A stretch of DNA of 27,211 nucleotides from a virus (Duplodnaviria > Caudoviricetes), in the IMG/VR virus record IMGVR_UViG_3300030746_000040, positions 1 to 27,211 of that record; one strand, given 5' to 3'. The notes beneath the pieces were generated by a model that saw nothing but the letters and a program-made list of their open reading frames with translations, had not been told where the DNA came from and made no database searches. Position numbers and translations under genes: made by a program. Shown one piece after another: positions 16,732 through 24,432 of the stretch; position 1 is the first letter of the stretch; every line of letters starts with the position of its first letter.

Positions 16732-16993
16732 ACCGGTTTGCCTCTCTCTCTTCCATCTCGTCCAACCACTGTGAGTAGAACCGCTCGTGAAGGTATTGAT
16801 CGCAAGCTGCAACTTGCAACATGTCAGCTTGGTTACCCTCGTATATGAGCAAATCCAACGCCGTCTTGAGAATCAGCCGCAGCGAATACTTGCCACCATT
16901 CAACAAGAAGAGTGCATCCTTCCGCGTGAGAATGTGCATCGAATTGCGCCCCTTACCTGGACTGCCCAATTGCCATTTATCCGGGTCAATCAT
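16724..16993 (-). CDS. Hypothetical protein
   Basis: GGGAGG RBS; TAATG coupling. Confidence 0.7.
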   Translation of the reverse strand: MIDPDKWQLGSPGKGRNSMHILTRKDALFLLNGGKYSLRLILKTALDLLIYEGNQADMLQVAACDQYLHERFYSQWLDEMEEREANRYV

Positions 16994-17172
16994 TACAACC
17001 TCCCGATCAACGTTTGATGTTCGATGAGCGTGTGCGGAACTTCATTCCGACACTGCGTACACTTCAGACTATACGCAAACTCCGGTGTCGACCACGTGTA
17101 ACCGAGACGACCACGTGCGCCCAATTGAGCCACGTTCCGGCCGCATCCCTTCTCATCTACATAATCGCCCAA
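16993..17172 (-). CDS. 59-aa putative Zn-binding protein (not in ORF track)
   Basis: AGGAGGT RBS, TTG start; ...LKCTQCRNEVPHTLIEHQTLIGRL; stop overlaps the next start. Confidence 0.6.
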   Translation of the reverse strand: MGDYVDEKGCGRNVAQLGARGRLGYTWSTPEFAYSLKCTQCRNEVPHTLIEHQTLIGRL

Positions 17173-17205
17173 AGTAAACCTCCTATCGCGCCCAGCGTTA
17201 GAACC

Positions 17206-17406
17206 TCAAAAAGAACTGCGTACCAGATACCCTTCATCAATCCGCTCATCTTGTGATACCTCCGATTCATCTACCCCTCTTACGAAATACCTTTTGGTTC
17301 CTTGGTATATCCAGCGTGACTCTTGAAGCTGCTCTGCGTCCATCTCTTCGCGAACGTGCATGATCCAACGGGCTTCGGCCAGAAAGTTTGCTTGCTCAAC
17401 GGTCAT
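17206..17406 (-). CDS. Hypothetical protein
   Basis: GAGGAG RBS. Confidence 0.65.
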   Translation of the reverse strand: MTVEQANFLAEARWIMHVREEMDAEQLQESRWIYQGTKRYFVRGVDESEVSQDERIDEGYLVRSSF

Positions 17407-17464
17407 CTCGTCATCTCCTCAACTGCAATAATCATCTCATGAGCCACATAAAACCGCAATCAAT

Positions 17465-17650
17465 TTAATGAGCGTTGTCCACCTTTGCCTGCGCATAATC
17501 GTGACACAGCAAGGCATCATCGCCTGAGGACATACAGGATCTATAAGCCGCAGCGTAAACGCGCGCATCCTTCACACGCTGGTCCGCTGCACGCTCGCCA
17601 TAGATCAAACCAAATATCAGGACCGCAACCAAAATCAGTGTCGTTTTCAT
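17465..17650 (-). CDS. Small membrane-anchored protein with a Cys pair
   Basis: MKTTLILVAVLIFGLIYG hydrophobic segment; C-x8-C in the C-terminal part. Confidence 0.65.
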   Translation of the reverse strand: MKTTLILVAVLIFGLIYGERAADQRVKDARVYAAAYRSCMSSGDDALLCHDYAQAKVDNAH

Positions 17651-17760
17651 GTTTTGAGATTACGCTTGACAACTCGTGAGCACCATGTCACTTTAGTGTT
17701 ACATGGTTACTTTTTCCCACCGCCGAGTTACCTGCGTTTGTCCATACGACGAAAGTTGTA

Positions 17761-17790
17761 TTGACGCGCGCCGGGTCACTCTGCTACAAT
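17761..17790 (+). promoter_or_regulatory. Sigma70-type promoter
   Basis: TTGACG, 18-bp spacer ending TGC, TACAAT. Confidence 0.6.
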
Positions 17791-17886
17791 CGGTTACCGA
17801 AGTAACTTTCGCCTTTTCTTCCCCTAGACGTCTAGGTGTCTCAGATTTGAGTCACAAAGCCGGTTTGTGTATCATTTTTGAGACAT

Positions 17887-18083
17887 TGACGATATTTTGA
17901 AAGATCGGTGACGATATTTTGGAAGATCGAGGCGTGCCCCAGAGTGGTTCATGCATTCAACCGCGGGAACCTTTCGGGGCAAGTGACTGACGATATTTTG
18001 GAAGATCCGCTTGACACCGCTCAGTGAGTTTGCTACATTCAACTTACGGCATCGGGAGTCGATGACGATACTTTGGAAGATCG
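17887..18083 (+). repeat. Four 21-bp direct repeats, consensus TGACGATATTTTGGAAGATCG (iteron/operator-like)
   Basis: Copies at 17887-17907, 17909-17929, 17988-18008 and 18063-18083, each within 1 mismatch of the consensus. Confidence 0.92.
18011..18039 (+). promoter_or_regulatory. Sigma70-type promoter
   Basis: TTGACA, 17-bp spacer ending TGC, TACATT; 2 bp downstream of repeat copy 3. Confidence 0.75.
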
Positions 18084-18139
18084 CATTATAACACGAGGGC
18101 AAAAAAATGATACATGGTACAATAGAACAGGAGCGAAAT

Positions 18140-18361
18140 ATGACACCACAACAGGAACGTATCTTCTCACTTCAGGCGTCACGCAATTGGGGGCCGTTCA
18201 CAGCTGATGAGATTGCGCATCTCAATCGGATGGCGATTCCCAACCGTCGCAACCCGGCAGATGTTCAGCGCCCCTACGTAGCCGATCTGATCCGAGTCCT
18301 ACGGCCGGGCGAAACGTTGGAGAACATTCAAACGATTCAAATGCCGGGGGAGGAGCGCTAA
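18140..18361 (+). CDS. Hypothetical protein
   Basis: AGGAG RBS before MTPQQ; TGG-TACAAT extended -10 just upstream. Confidence 0.7.
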   Translation: MTPQQERIFSLQASRNWGPFTADEIAHLNRMAIPNRRNPADVQRPYVADLIRVLRPGETLENIQTIQMPGEER

Positions 18362-18416
18362 AGCGCGACGGCTCCCGTACTTTGGGTGGTACGAACGACC
18401 GAGAGGGGAAAATGGC

Positions 18417-18695
18417 ATGCCATGCAAGCACAGTTTCAGCGATTACATTCAGGTGCGGAATATCCGCGAGGGGAGGGTGGGGGAAAAGGGGTTGGAGACG
18501 GTCTTCTTGCATTTAATCGTTGGACCCCTTATCTTCACCCAAGTGTCGTATCAACCCGTAACCCGCAGTCTTCGATTGAATGCGCGCGGCGTAGAACTCA
18601 AAGGCAGTTACGTCGACATCATCCGCAAGATGATTGTCTCAGAAATCAAACAGCTTCAAAAACCAAAGGAGGATGACAATGGTACACCCAAATAG
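18417..18695 (+). CDS. Hypothetical protein
   Basis: GAGGGG RBS; beta-strand pattern plus C-terminal helix; best of three overlapping frames. Confidence 0.55.
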   Translation: MPCKHSFSDYIQVRNIREGRVGEKGLETVFLHLIVGPLIFTQVSYQPVTRSLRLNARGVELKGSYVDIIRKMIVSEIKQLQKPKEDDNGTPK

Positions 18696-19113
18696 CAAAA
18701 AGTGGAATAGTGGTGAGTATCTGGAGGGACAGGCCACTTTGTCCGGCACGCATGATAGTGCCATAGGAACCATACGCTCACACGTCGAGGCAGCAGATGC
18801 TCAGAAGAGGGGCCACGGCCCAAATCAGGCCAGCCGTGACTGGAATAAGCTGGGCTTGGTTGGCACTAAGGCTACAAATATGAGCAACACCAATCCGGAG
18901 TCACGTGTACGTCGGTGTGGGCGCTGCGAAGAGTATGCAATCGGTCGCCTGGGTGCAGGTCTGTCGGTTCTAGAGATCCCAGCACACAGCGAGGATGAGC
19001 ACCTAGATTACGCACGCAGTCGGACGAAGTTGCCGAAGGATCGTGTGTGGGATACTGCGCGCGAAGCCTTCAGTGACGGACGCCGCACAGCAAAAACCCC
19101 AACACTCGATTAA
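18679..19113 (+). CDS. Hypothetical protein with CxxC...H...EH motif
   Basis: AGGAGG RBS; RCGRCEE...PAHSEDEH. Confidence 0.7.
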   Translation: MVHPNSKKWNSGEYLEGQATLSGTHDSAIGTIRSHVEAADAQKRGHGPNQASRDWNKLGLVGTKATNMSNTNPESRVRRCGRCEEYAIGRLGAGLSVLEIPAHSEDEHLDYARSRTKLPKDRVWDTAREAFSDGRRTAKTPTLD

Positions 19114-19118
19114 TTGTG

Positions 19119-19148
19119 TTGACAACATCCCCCAATTTCCTGTAGATT
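19119..19148 (+). promoter_or_regulatory. Sigma70-type promoter
   Basis: TTGACA, 18-bp spacer, TAGATT, followed by GTATTTGGAG (identical to the 19968 promoter). Confidence 0.75.
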
Positions 19149-19170
19149 GTATTTGGAGAGGTCGAGATGA

Positions 19171-19341
19171 ATGATTTTACCTACACTGGACGATTATGAC
19201 AGACGCGATGGGCAGAGTCATCCTCTGCCTTCCCGCGTAAGAGAAATTTTTGAAGAGGTTGAATCAGAATTACACGAAGAAATTGAGGAGTACTGGGAAG
19301 AATACGACCACGATCTCGGTCAAGATTATTACGAAGACTAA
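19171..19341 (+). CDS. 56-aa highly acidic protein (not in ORF track)
   Basis: MILPTLDDYDRRDGQSHPLPSRVREIFEEVESELHEEIEEYWEEYDHDLGQDYYED; GAGG RBS; stop overlaps the next RBS. Confidence 0.7.
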   Translation: MILPTLDDYDRRDGQSHPLPSRVREIFEEVESELHEEIEEYWEEYDHDLGQDYYED

Positions 19342-19352
19342 GGAGAAACACA

Positions 19353-19556
19353 ATGCCCACAGACAAGAAGGTTCAACCGAAGCGCGAAAACGTCACTGAC
19401 TGGCAGCAGAAGTGCCCCAGCTGTGATCGCACCCTGGCTTTCCAACCGATCTACGCGGTCGAGATCCGCGACCCATTCTTCCACTGCCGCTTCTGCGATG
19501 CGAAGGGCAGGGCGATCTGGGACAACAGCGGCCGGAATAGGCTGGTGCGCGCATGA
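19353..19556 (+). CDS. Zinc-ribbon protein
   Basis: CPSC...CRFC; AAGGAG RBS. Confidence 0.75.
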   Translation: MPTDKKVQPKRENVTDWQQKCPSCDRTLAFQPIYAVEIRDPFFHCRFCDAKGRAIWDNSGRNRLVRA

Positions 19557-19741
19557 GCCAGTGGAAGCGGGACAATGCAGATGGGACGTACACACCCATC
19601 CCGACGATGAACAAAGCCGAGTGGGACGATTTGCGCGGCTTGCCCATCACATTTCCGATCCTGGCCTTCCCGCGGCAGATCACGGTCAACTCGCAACCCC
19701 GCCCGATTGTGCGGACGAAGCAAACAAGGGGCCCCAAATGA
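19553..19741 (+). CDS. Hypothetical protein
   Basis: ATGA overlaps at both ends. Confidence 0.65.
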   Translation: MSQWKRDNADGTYTPIPTMNKAEWDDLRGLPITFPILAFPRQITVNSQPRPIVRTKQTRGPK

Positions 19742-19887
19742 GAAATCAAGGGATATGGATTGACGGCGAAGGTAATGAAACTCAACATAACGCGAAACCT
19801 CCGATAGTTTACAAATGCGTTGAGTGTGGCAAACGCAAGCAGGACTTCGTCTCTGCCGTGAATGACAACTCGGGATTGGAAAGATAG
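19738..19887 (+). CDS. 49-aa CxxC protein
   Basis: ATGA overlap, AAGGGG RBS; MRNQGIWID...YKCVECGKRK. Confidence 0.6.
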   Translation: MRNQGIWIDGEGNETQHNAKPPIVYKCVECGKRKQDFVSAVNDNSGLER

Positions 19888-19944
19888 ATGTGGTCTGTCA
19901 ATTTAGTTCCATAATGGAATGATATTGACATCCACACTTGGGGG

Positions 19945-19973
19945 TTGACAAGACCCGATAAAACTGGTAGATT
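19945..19973 (+). promoter_or_regulatory. Sigma70-type promoter driving the large structured RNA
   Basis: TTGACA, 17-bp spacer ending TGG, TAGATT; predicted start near 19980. Confidence 0.8.
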
Positions 19974-19979
19974 GTATTT

Positions 19980-20378
19980 GGAGGGGTGGAAATTAAACAC
20001 TCCTCCGCTGAACGACAATGGCCGTTCAGTCACACTCATTACAACAATTGCATTAGCGACGATGGGCCGAAAGGTCAACAGTCGCAAGTCCGGACAACGT
20101 GCCTGAACCTCACGAACCGGCGGGGCACAATTGAAAGTAATGAGTGTGACTGAGCGGCCAATTCTGTCTCTGCAACAAGCCAGCGCGCTTTCCCGAGGCT
20201 AGGGTAAAAATGCGGGGTTGCGTGGAGACAGAAGCCGCTCACGATCTGCCGCAATACCCCAACTGACTCGCCCACAGAAGCCGAGGATCCCGGCGCGGGC
20301 ACTTAAGTAGGTGAGCGGCACCCAAGGGATCACACCGGCGACTAGGGCGTCCAGAGTCATCAAATGCGGATGTGATCC
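19980..20378 (+). ncRNA. About 400-nt multi-domain structured RNA of unknown family
   Basis: Five consecutive closed domains: 19980-20006; 20019-20160 (24-bp stem); 20162-20233; 20234-20319; 20327-20378. G.U pairs favour the plus strand; no plus-strand ORF in the track. Confidence 0.78.
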
Positions 20379-20397
20379 ACCAATTTTAGGAGGTTGT

Positions 20398-20448
20398 ATG
20401 AAGAAAGCAGTGATCGCATTCATCCTGGGCCTGACAACTCTGCCATAA
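20398..20448 (+). CDS. 16-aa hydrophobic peptide MKKAVIAFILGLTTLP
   Basis: AGGAGG RBS 4 nt before ATG; KK plus hydrophobic core; TAA at 20446-20448. Confidence 0.5.
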   Translation: MKKAVIAFILGLTTLP

Positions 20449-20466
20449 GTTTGAAAGGGAGACACC

Positions 20467-20709
20467 ATGAGCCTTGAGATTCGCAACGAACGCGACGATC
20501 TCCGTCTGCGTGTGAAAGAACTTGAATGGCAGGTTACCCAGCAGGCAACCACCATCAGCCAGTTGATAAAGGCGTTGAAAGAATCCAGTAAGCAGCACCA
20601 CACTTGGTGCCCACTTATAGCCGATTGGCCACGCGGGGCAAAGCCTTGCATATGCCCGAAGTCGATAGCAGATGCAGCTCTGGCCAGCATCCCCAAGGAG
20701 AAGCCATGA
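20467..20709 (+). CDS. Hypothetical coiled-coil protein with H..WC...C.C motif
   Basis: GGGAG RBS; heptad pattern, then HHTWCP...PCICP. Confidence 0.7.
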   Translation: MSLEIRNERDDLRLRVKELEWQVTQQATTISQLIKALKESSKQHHTWCPLIADWPRGAKPCICPKSIADAALASIPKEKP

Positions 20710-20891
20710 CACCAGAACGCGAAGCAAAATTGTGGGCGATGCTGGAGAAGTATCCGGTCGCTCATTTGGTTGGCAATGATGAGGAAGGCTACGACGTCGA
20801 GATCTCCGACGGCAACACTCACGACATCATGCATCCTGAATCGTTCGTGGATATGTATGACGAAATACACAGGGTGAGACATGAAAATTGA
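20706..20891 (+). CDS. Hypothetical acidic protein
   Basis: AAGGAG RBS, ATGA overlap (MTPEREAK...). Confidence 0.7.
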   Translation: MTPEREAKLWAMLEKYPVAHLVGNDEEGYDVEISDGNTHDIMHPESFVDMYDEIHRVRHEN

Positions 20892-21039
20892 ATTGACCGA
20901 GGAAAGTTTGATGATGGCATTGCGCGGTGCCATTGTGCTAGCCAGGGAGCATCAGGCTGAAGATGTGGAGCGCATCATACGAATGCAGATTATGTCTCTC
21001 GTAGGTGGCAATCGAATGAAGGTGATACATGAAGATTGA
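20881..21039 (+). CDS. 52-aa hypothetical protein (not in ORF track)
   Basis: MKIELTEESLMMALRGAIVLAREHQAEDVERIIRMQIMSLVGGNRMKVIHED; fills the gap and overlaps both neighbours. Confidence 0.6.
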   Translation: MKIELTEESLMMALRGAIVLAREHQAEDVERIIRMQIMSLVGGNRMKVIHED

Positions 21040-21871
21040 CAATTCGCGCTACTCGGCCTTCTGGGCCAACCCAGAACTGTACCGGCTGACGTATGAGAAG
21101 AATATCGTGCCTATCATTGTGCCATATTATTTCGGCCGTGGCATCCTGATGCATGAGTTGAATGAGAAGCGCAACAAGGCCGCGATGTCAGTCAAGAATT
21201 TGAAGGCTGAGCCGCAGCGGTTGAGCGACAAGTCGAAGCAGATGGGCACAGCGTTGTTCGCCGCATTCAAGCAGCGATGGGACGGCGACAAGTCCATCCA
21301 GCTGATGCATGACGATGGCCGTCCGCTTGCTGAGGTCGCGTTTGATTTGCCCATACCGGGCTCACCACATCACATCGTCGGCAAGTTCGACGAGATCGTT
21401 CAGTACAAGGATGCCGCATGGGTAGGCGATACGAAGACAGCGAACGCCAAGACGACCGAGGGCAAGAAGAAAGTTGAATTTGGCTATGCGTCACAGCCAC
21501 TGTTCTATATCAATGCGGCGCGGATGCTGGGCTATCCGGTCAAGGGCATGTTGTATCGCGTGGTGACGGAGCATGTGCCACCGAAGCACTGGGTCATCGA
21601 AAGCAAACGGACTGACTATCAACTCGCGCAACATCTGGTGAGTGTGCATCAGACGGCCGAGACAATCTTGATGTACCGGAGGGCATTTGGTGTCGACAAA
21701 CCGTGGCCGCATCTGTGGTCTTATCCATGCAACTATCCTGATTGGCAAGGTAATCCTACTTGCGAGTACGCTGGCATCTGTGGTCGCCCAACTAGCGAGT
21801 TGTCCGAAGAAGATCTAGCCAGCTTCACACAACGCATCGATCACCTGGGTCTGGAGGAAGAAAATGTGTAA
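21029..21871 (+). CDS. PD-(D/E)xK nuclease (RecB/Cas4-like exonuclease)
   Basis: G...HE, E, GKFD, VGDTKT and Q...Y motifs; C-terminal C...C.Y..IC. Confidence 0.88.
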   Translation: MKIDNSRYSAFWANPELYRLTYEKNIVPIIVPYYFGRGILMHELNEKRNKAAMSVKNLKAEPQRLSDKSKQMGTALFAAFKQRWDGDKSIQLMHDDGRPLAEVAFDLPIPGSPHHIVGKFDEIVQYKDAAWVGDTKTANAKTTEGKKKVEFGYASQPLFYINAARMLGYPVKGMLYRVVTEHVPPKHWVIESKRTDYQLAQHLVSVHQTAETILMYRRAFGVDKPWPHLWSYPCNYPDWQGNPTCEYAGICGRPTSELSEEDLASFTQRIDHLGLEEENV

Positions 21872-22415
21872 CTGGGGCAATGAACCTGACTGGTCCGACG
21901 CGGCCACCGTGGTGGAAATGGCCTATCCAAAGCCGACGCCGGGGCGCGAATTTGCGTTAGCGGAGATCGGCAAGATTGATTTCACGCCGAAGAGTAAGCC
22001 GAAGAAGCAGAAGAATCCTTACACGTCTGACATGACGAGGTTGGCGAAGTTTGCGCAGGAGAACGGCTTGGTGATGCTTCTGCGGAAGCCGAATCAGGTG
22101 CTAGTTGACATCGACACCCCATTTCTGCCAGGGGGCTTCGATCAGCGGTTGAGCATGGTTCACGCCCTTGCGCCCATCTCTGGCTGGCATATCAACACGT
22201 CGCGCGGCGGCAATCTCCATGTGACGGTGGACTTCCATCAGGATGTGAGGCACCAAGATGCGCTTCTGTTTGAGGCAATCCTGGGCGGCGACTTCAAGCG
22301 TGTGGCACTCGGCCGGAAGAGCTTGGCCGAGAACGGAGACCAATTCACGTCCATCTTTTTTGAGAAACCGGGCTACAAAACCAGATACGTGCCGTACCCA
22401 GGAGAGGGCAAATGA
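21864..22415 (+). CDS. Hypothetical protein with AEP/primase-like motifs
   Basis: VLVDID and TSRGGNLHVTV resemble AEP motifs I (DxD) and II (SxxGxH). Confidence 0.5.
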   Translation: MCNWGNEPDWSDAATVVEMAYPKPTPGREFALAEIGKIDFTPKSKPKKQKNPYTSDMTRLAKFAQENGLVMLLRKPNQVLVDIDTPFLPGGFDQRLSMVHALAPISGWHINTSRGGNLHVTVDFHQDVRHQDALLFEAILGGDFKRVALGRKSLAENGDQFTSIFFEKPGYKTRYVPYPGEGK

Positions 22416-22756
22416 CGATATTCGAGAAAGCACTACACATCAAGAACGTCTTGGACGAAGCCGCGGGTTGGAGTGAACTGGGCTTATTGACGGCCATCCA
22501 TGACGCCTTGGTAGGCATCGATAAGATCGAGGAAGCCGAGTGCGAACTTTATAACCGCGCGACTGATGCGCTCGATCTGCTCCGCGACGACGCCTACGAC
22601 GACGAGGAAGAGATCGAGTTGACGGCCGACGAAGTGTATAATCACGCCGTCGCTGACTCGCTCCGAGAGTCTCAGCGAGACAAGGGCGAGCGTGTGCATG
22701 TGCCGTATAGCGGCGCAGTGTTGGACAAGGCGTTTGGGCCAGGGGGATGTAAGTGA
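22412..22756 (+). CDS. Hypothetical acidic protein
   Basis: ATGA overlap, GAGGG RBS. Confidence 0.7.
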   Translation: MTIFEKALHIKNVLDEAAGWSELGLLTAIHDALVGIDKIEEAECELYNRATDALDLLRDDAYDDEEEIELTADEVYNHAVADSLRESQRDKGERVHVPYSGAVLDKAFGPGGCK

Positions 22757-22823
22757 GTGGAGGGTGCCCCAAGAGGGTTCTCGTGTTAAGCTGGGTGATT
22801 GAGGAAGGTAAACTGGAGGCTCG

Positions 22824-23930
22824 ATGGGAATTGAAATCAAGAAGACGCTGACGCCGGTTGTGGTGGGCGAGAAGCTGGGGGTTGATGGTGGAGGCGAAGA
22901 GGCTCCTGAGGTGCTTGTTCCGAGTGACGTTGATCTTGTACGCGGTCGGATTATCATGGACTACGGAGATAGCGGCGACGGCAAATCTACTCGTGCTCAT
23001 TCTTTCGCTCGATACTACTATGCTAAAACCGGTCTGCCTATCGTTCTGGTTTCGGCTGAAGATTCGAGCAAGACTGTCTTTCAAGATCTTATCGACGCTG
23101 GAATTGTTGTGCCCATCTTCCTTATATCTTCAACTACTCCGCTATCTACGTATGAGCGGATCGTAGAGGGGGATCTGCCGCAGCCTGGGCAGTTCGATGT
23201 GATCAAGAAGACCGTCAAGATAGACGGCAAGGAAGTTGTGCAGGAAATCAAGAAGCAGAAGTGGACCACGAAGGAAGAGAATCATGGAAAGTATGGAGCC
23301 TACATCTTTGAAGGAGTCAGCACCATTGTCGAGAACGTGCTCGACTACTTCCGAGAGACCGGCCGGTTCCCCCGCGAGCAGAACGACGGATACTCAGAAG
23401 GCGGCAAGACCTTCATGGCTGCGTCCCAGACAGCTTTTGGCGTGGCGCAGGGAGAGGGACTGAAGCTGGTGCGTAACTCGGCGATGCTGCCGGTTGAACG
23501 CATCTTGTGGACGAGTCACGAGTCGAAGGGGAAGGATGACGATGGCAACCTCATCAGAGGACCAAAACTTGTTGGCTCAGCGGCGACAAACACTATGCGA
23601 AAGCTGGTGGGAATTTTGCTCCACACTGAGCGCGTCGATGGTGGACAGATCCGTGTTTATTTCGAAAACCATGCTGACCAGTTTTCTCCAAAGGTCTCGT
23701 GGAAAGCGAAGGTTACGGTCAACCCGTTCTTTGCGACCGAGTTGAAGAAAAAGTTTCCGGGCGGCTACTTTGTACCGAAGTTGCCCGAAGGCCAGGACTA
23801 TCTGGCCGCAGAAGACGGCCTGATTCCCTTCCTGAAGATGGAAGAAGAAGTCAGGGCAAAGGGATCGCGGGGCGCAAGTGATTTTGCCGCCGCGGTTAAG
23901 AGCAAACTTACACAAACCAAGGAGAATTAA
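22824..23930 (+). CDS. AAA_24/Sak4-like P-loop ATPase (recombinase candidate)
   Basis: Walker A YGDSGDGKST, Walker B-like YIFEGVST, SHE motif, GPKLVG; between an exonuclease and an SSB-like gene. Confidence 0.8.
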   Translation: MGIEIKKTLTPVVVGEKLGVDGGGEEAPEVLVPSDVDLVRGRIIMDYGDSGDGKSTRAHSFARYYYAKTGLPIVLVSAEDSSKTVFQDLIDAGIVVPIFLISSTTPLSTYERIVEGDLPQPGQFDVIKKTVKIDGKEVVQEIKKQKWTTKEENHGKYGAYIFEGVSTIVENVLDYFRETGRFPREQNDGYSEGGKTFMAASQTAFGVAQGEGLKLVRNSAMLPVERILWTSHESKGKDDDGNLIRGPKLVGSAATNTMRKLVGILLHTERVDGGQIRVYFENHADQFSPKVSWKAKVTVNPFFATELKKKFPGGYFVPKLPEGQDYLAAEDGLIPFLKMEEEVRAKGSRGASDFAAAVKSKLTQTKEN

Positions 23931-23932
23931 TC

Positions 23933-24358
23933 ATGAGCGGATTGTTGCCAAGTGTCAAGATCAGTGATGTGCCCGAAATCAAGGCCGATAAGATTAGCGC
24001 CGTGGGCGTCGTTGGCGATGTTGAGTTGAAGGAAGCGAAGAACGACTACATCAGCGTCACGGTGCCGTTGAGCTTTACGGATGAGAAGTCCGGTGATGAG
24101 TACGAGTTCAAGGCGCGTTTCAATGTGAAGGCAGAATGGTTCGATGCTGCGTTTGATGCGAAGGCCCTGGAAGACAACGAAAAGATCAGCTATCAGATCA
24201 ACATGTCTAAGCTGACTCGTGGTTTGTTCAAGGCTGCTGGCCTGGAAGACATCGACTTCGATGCTCTGACTGGCGAGCGCGTTGGCTTCACGGCCGGACC
24301 TCGGAAGGATGATCCTTCGCGCTTAGAGATCAAGTCGTTCTATGCGCCGAAGGTTTAA
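23933..24358 (+). CDS. Putative single-stranded DNA-binding protein (DUF669-like OB fold)
   Basis: Beta-strand pattern, L..LFKAAG...DFDAL.G..V, final EIKSFY; follows the Sak4-like gene; AAGGAG RBS. Confidence 0.55.
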   Translation: MSGLLPSVKISDVPEIKADKISAVGVVGDVELKEAKNDYISVTVPLSFTDEKSGDEYEFKARFNVKAEWFDAAFDAKALEDNEKISYQINMSKLTRGLFKAAGLEDIDFDALTGERVGFTAGPRKDDPSRLEIKSFYAPKV

Positions 24359-24373
24359 TACGGTTGAGGGTGT

Positions 24374-24420
24374 GTAGTGCGGGGGTCATTTCTTACCCGA
24401 GGGTGGCCCCCTACAAATTT
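24374..24420 (+). terminator. GC-rich stem-loop after the SSB-like gene (terminator or processing site)
   Basis: GGGGGUCAUUU (24381-24391) pairs with GGGUGGCCCCC (24401-24411); only a weak U tract. Confidence 0.45.
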
Positions 24421-24432
24421 AAGGAGCGAATA

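Noticed and set aside
17887-18083. Mini CRISPR array
   Set aside because: Gaps of 1, 58 and 54 bp are irregular, repeats are short and non-palindromic, one gap contains a promoter, and no cas operon is present.
20050-20130. c-di-GMP-I riboswitch or retron msr-msd
   Set aside because: A GAAA loop and CCGG..GCGGGG are superficially similar, but the ligand-binding junction and receptor are not recognisable; no reverse transcriptase in the window.
20199-20933. 244-aa minus-strand ORF (also 22440-23084)
   Set aside because: Antisense to well-supported plus-strand genes and the structured RNA.
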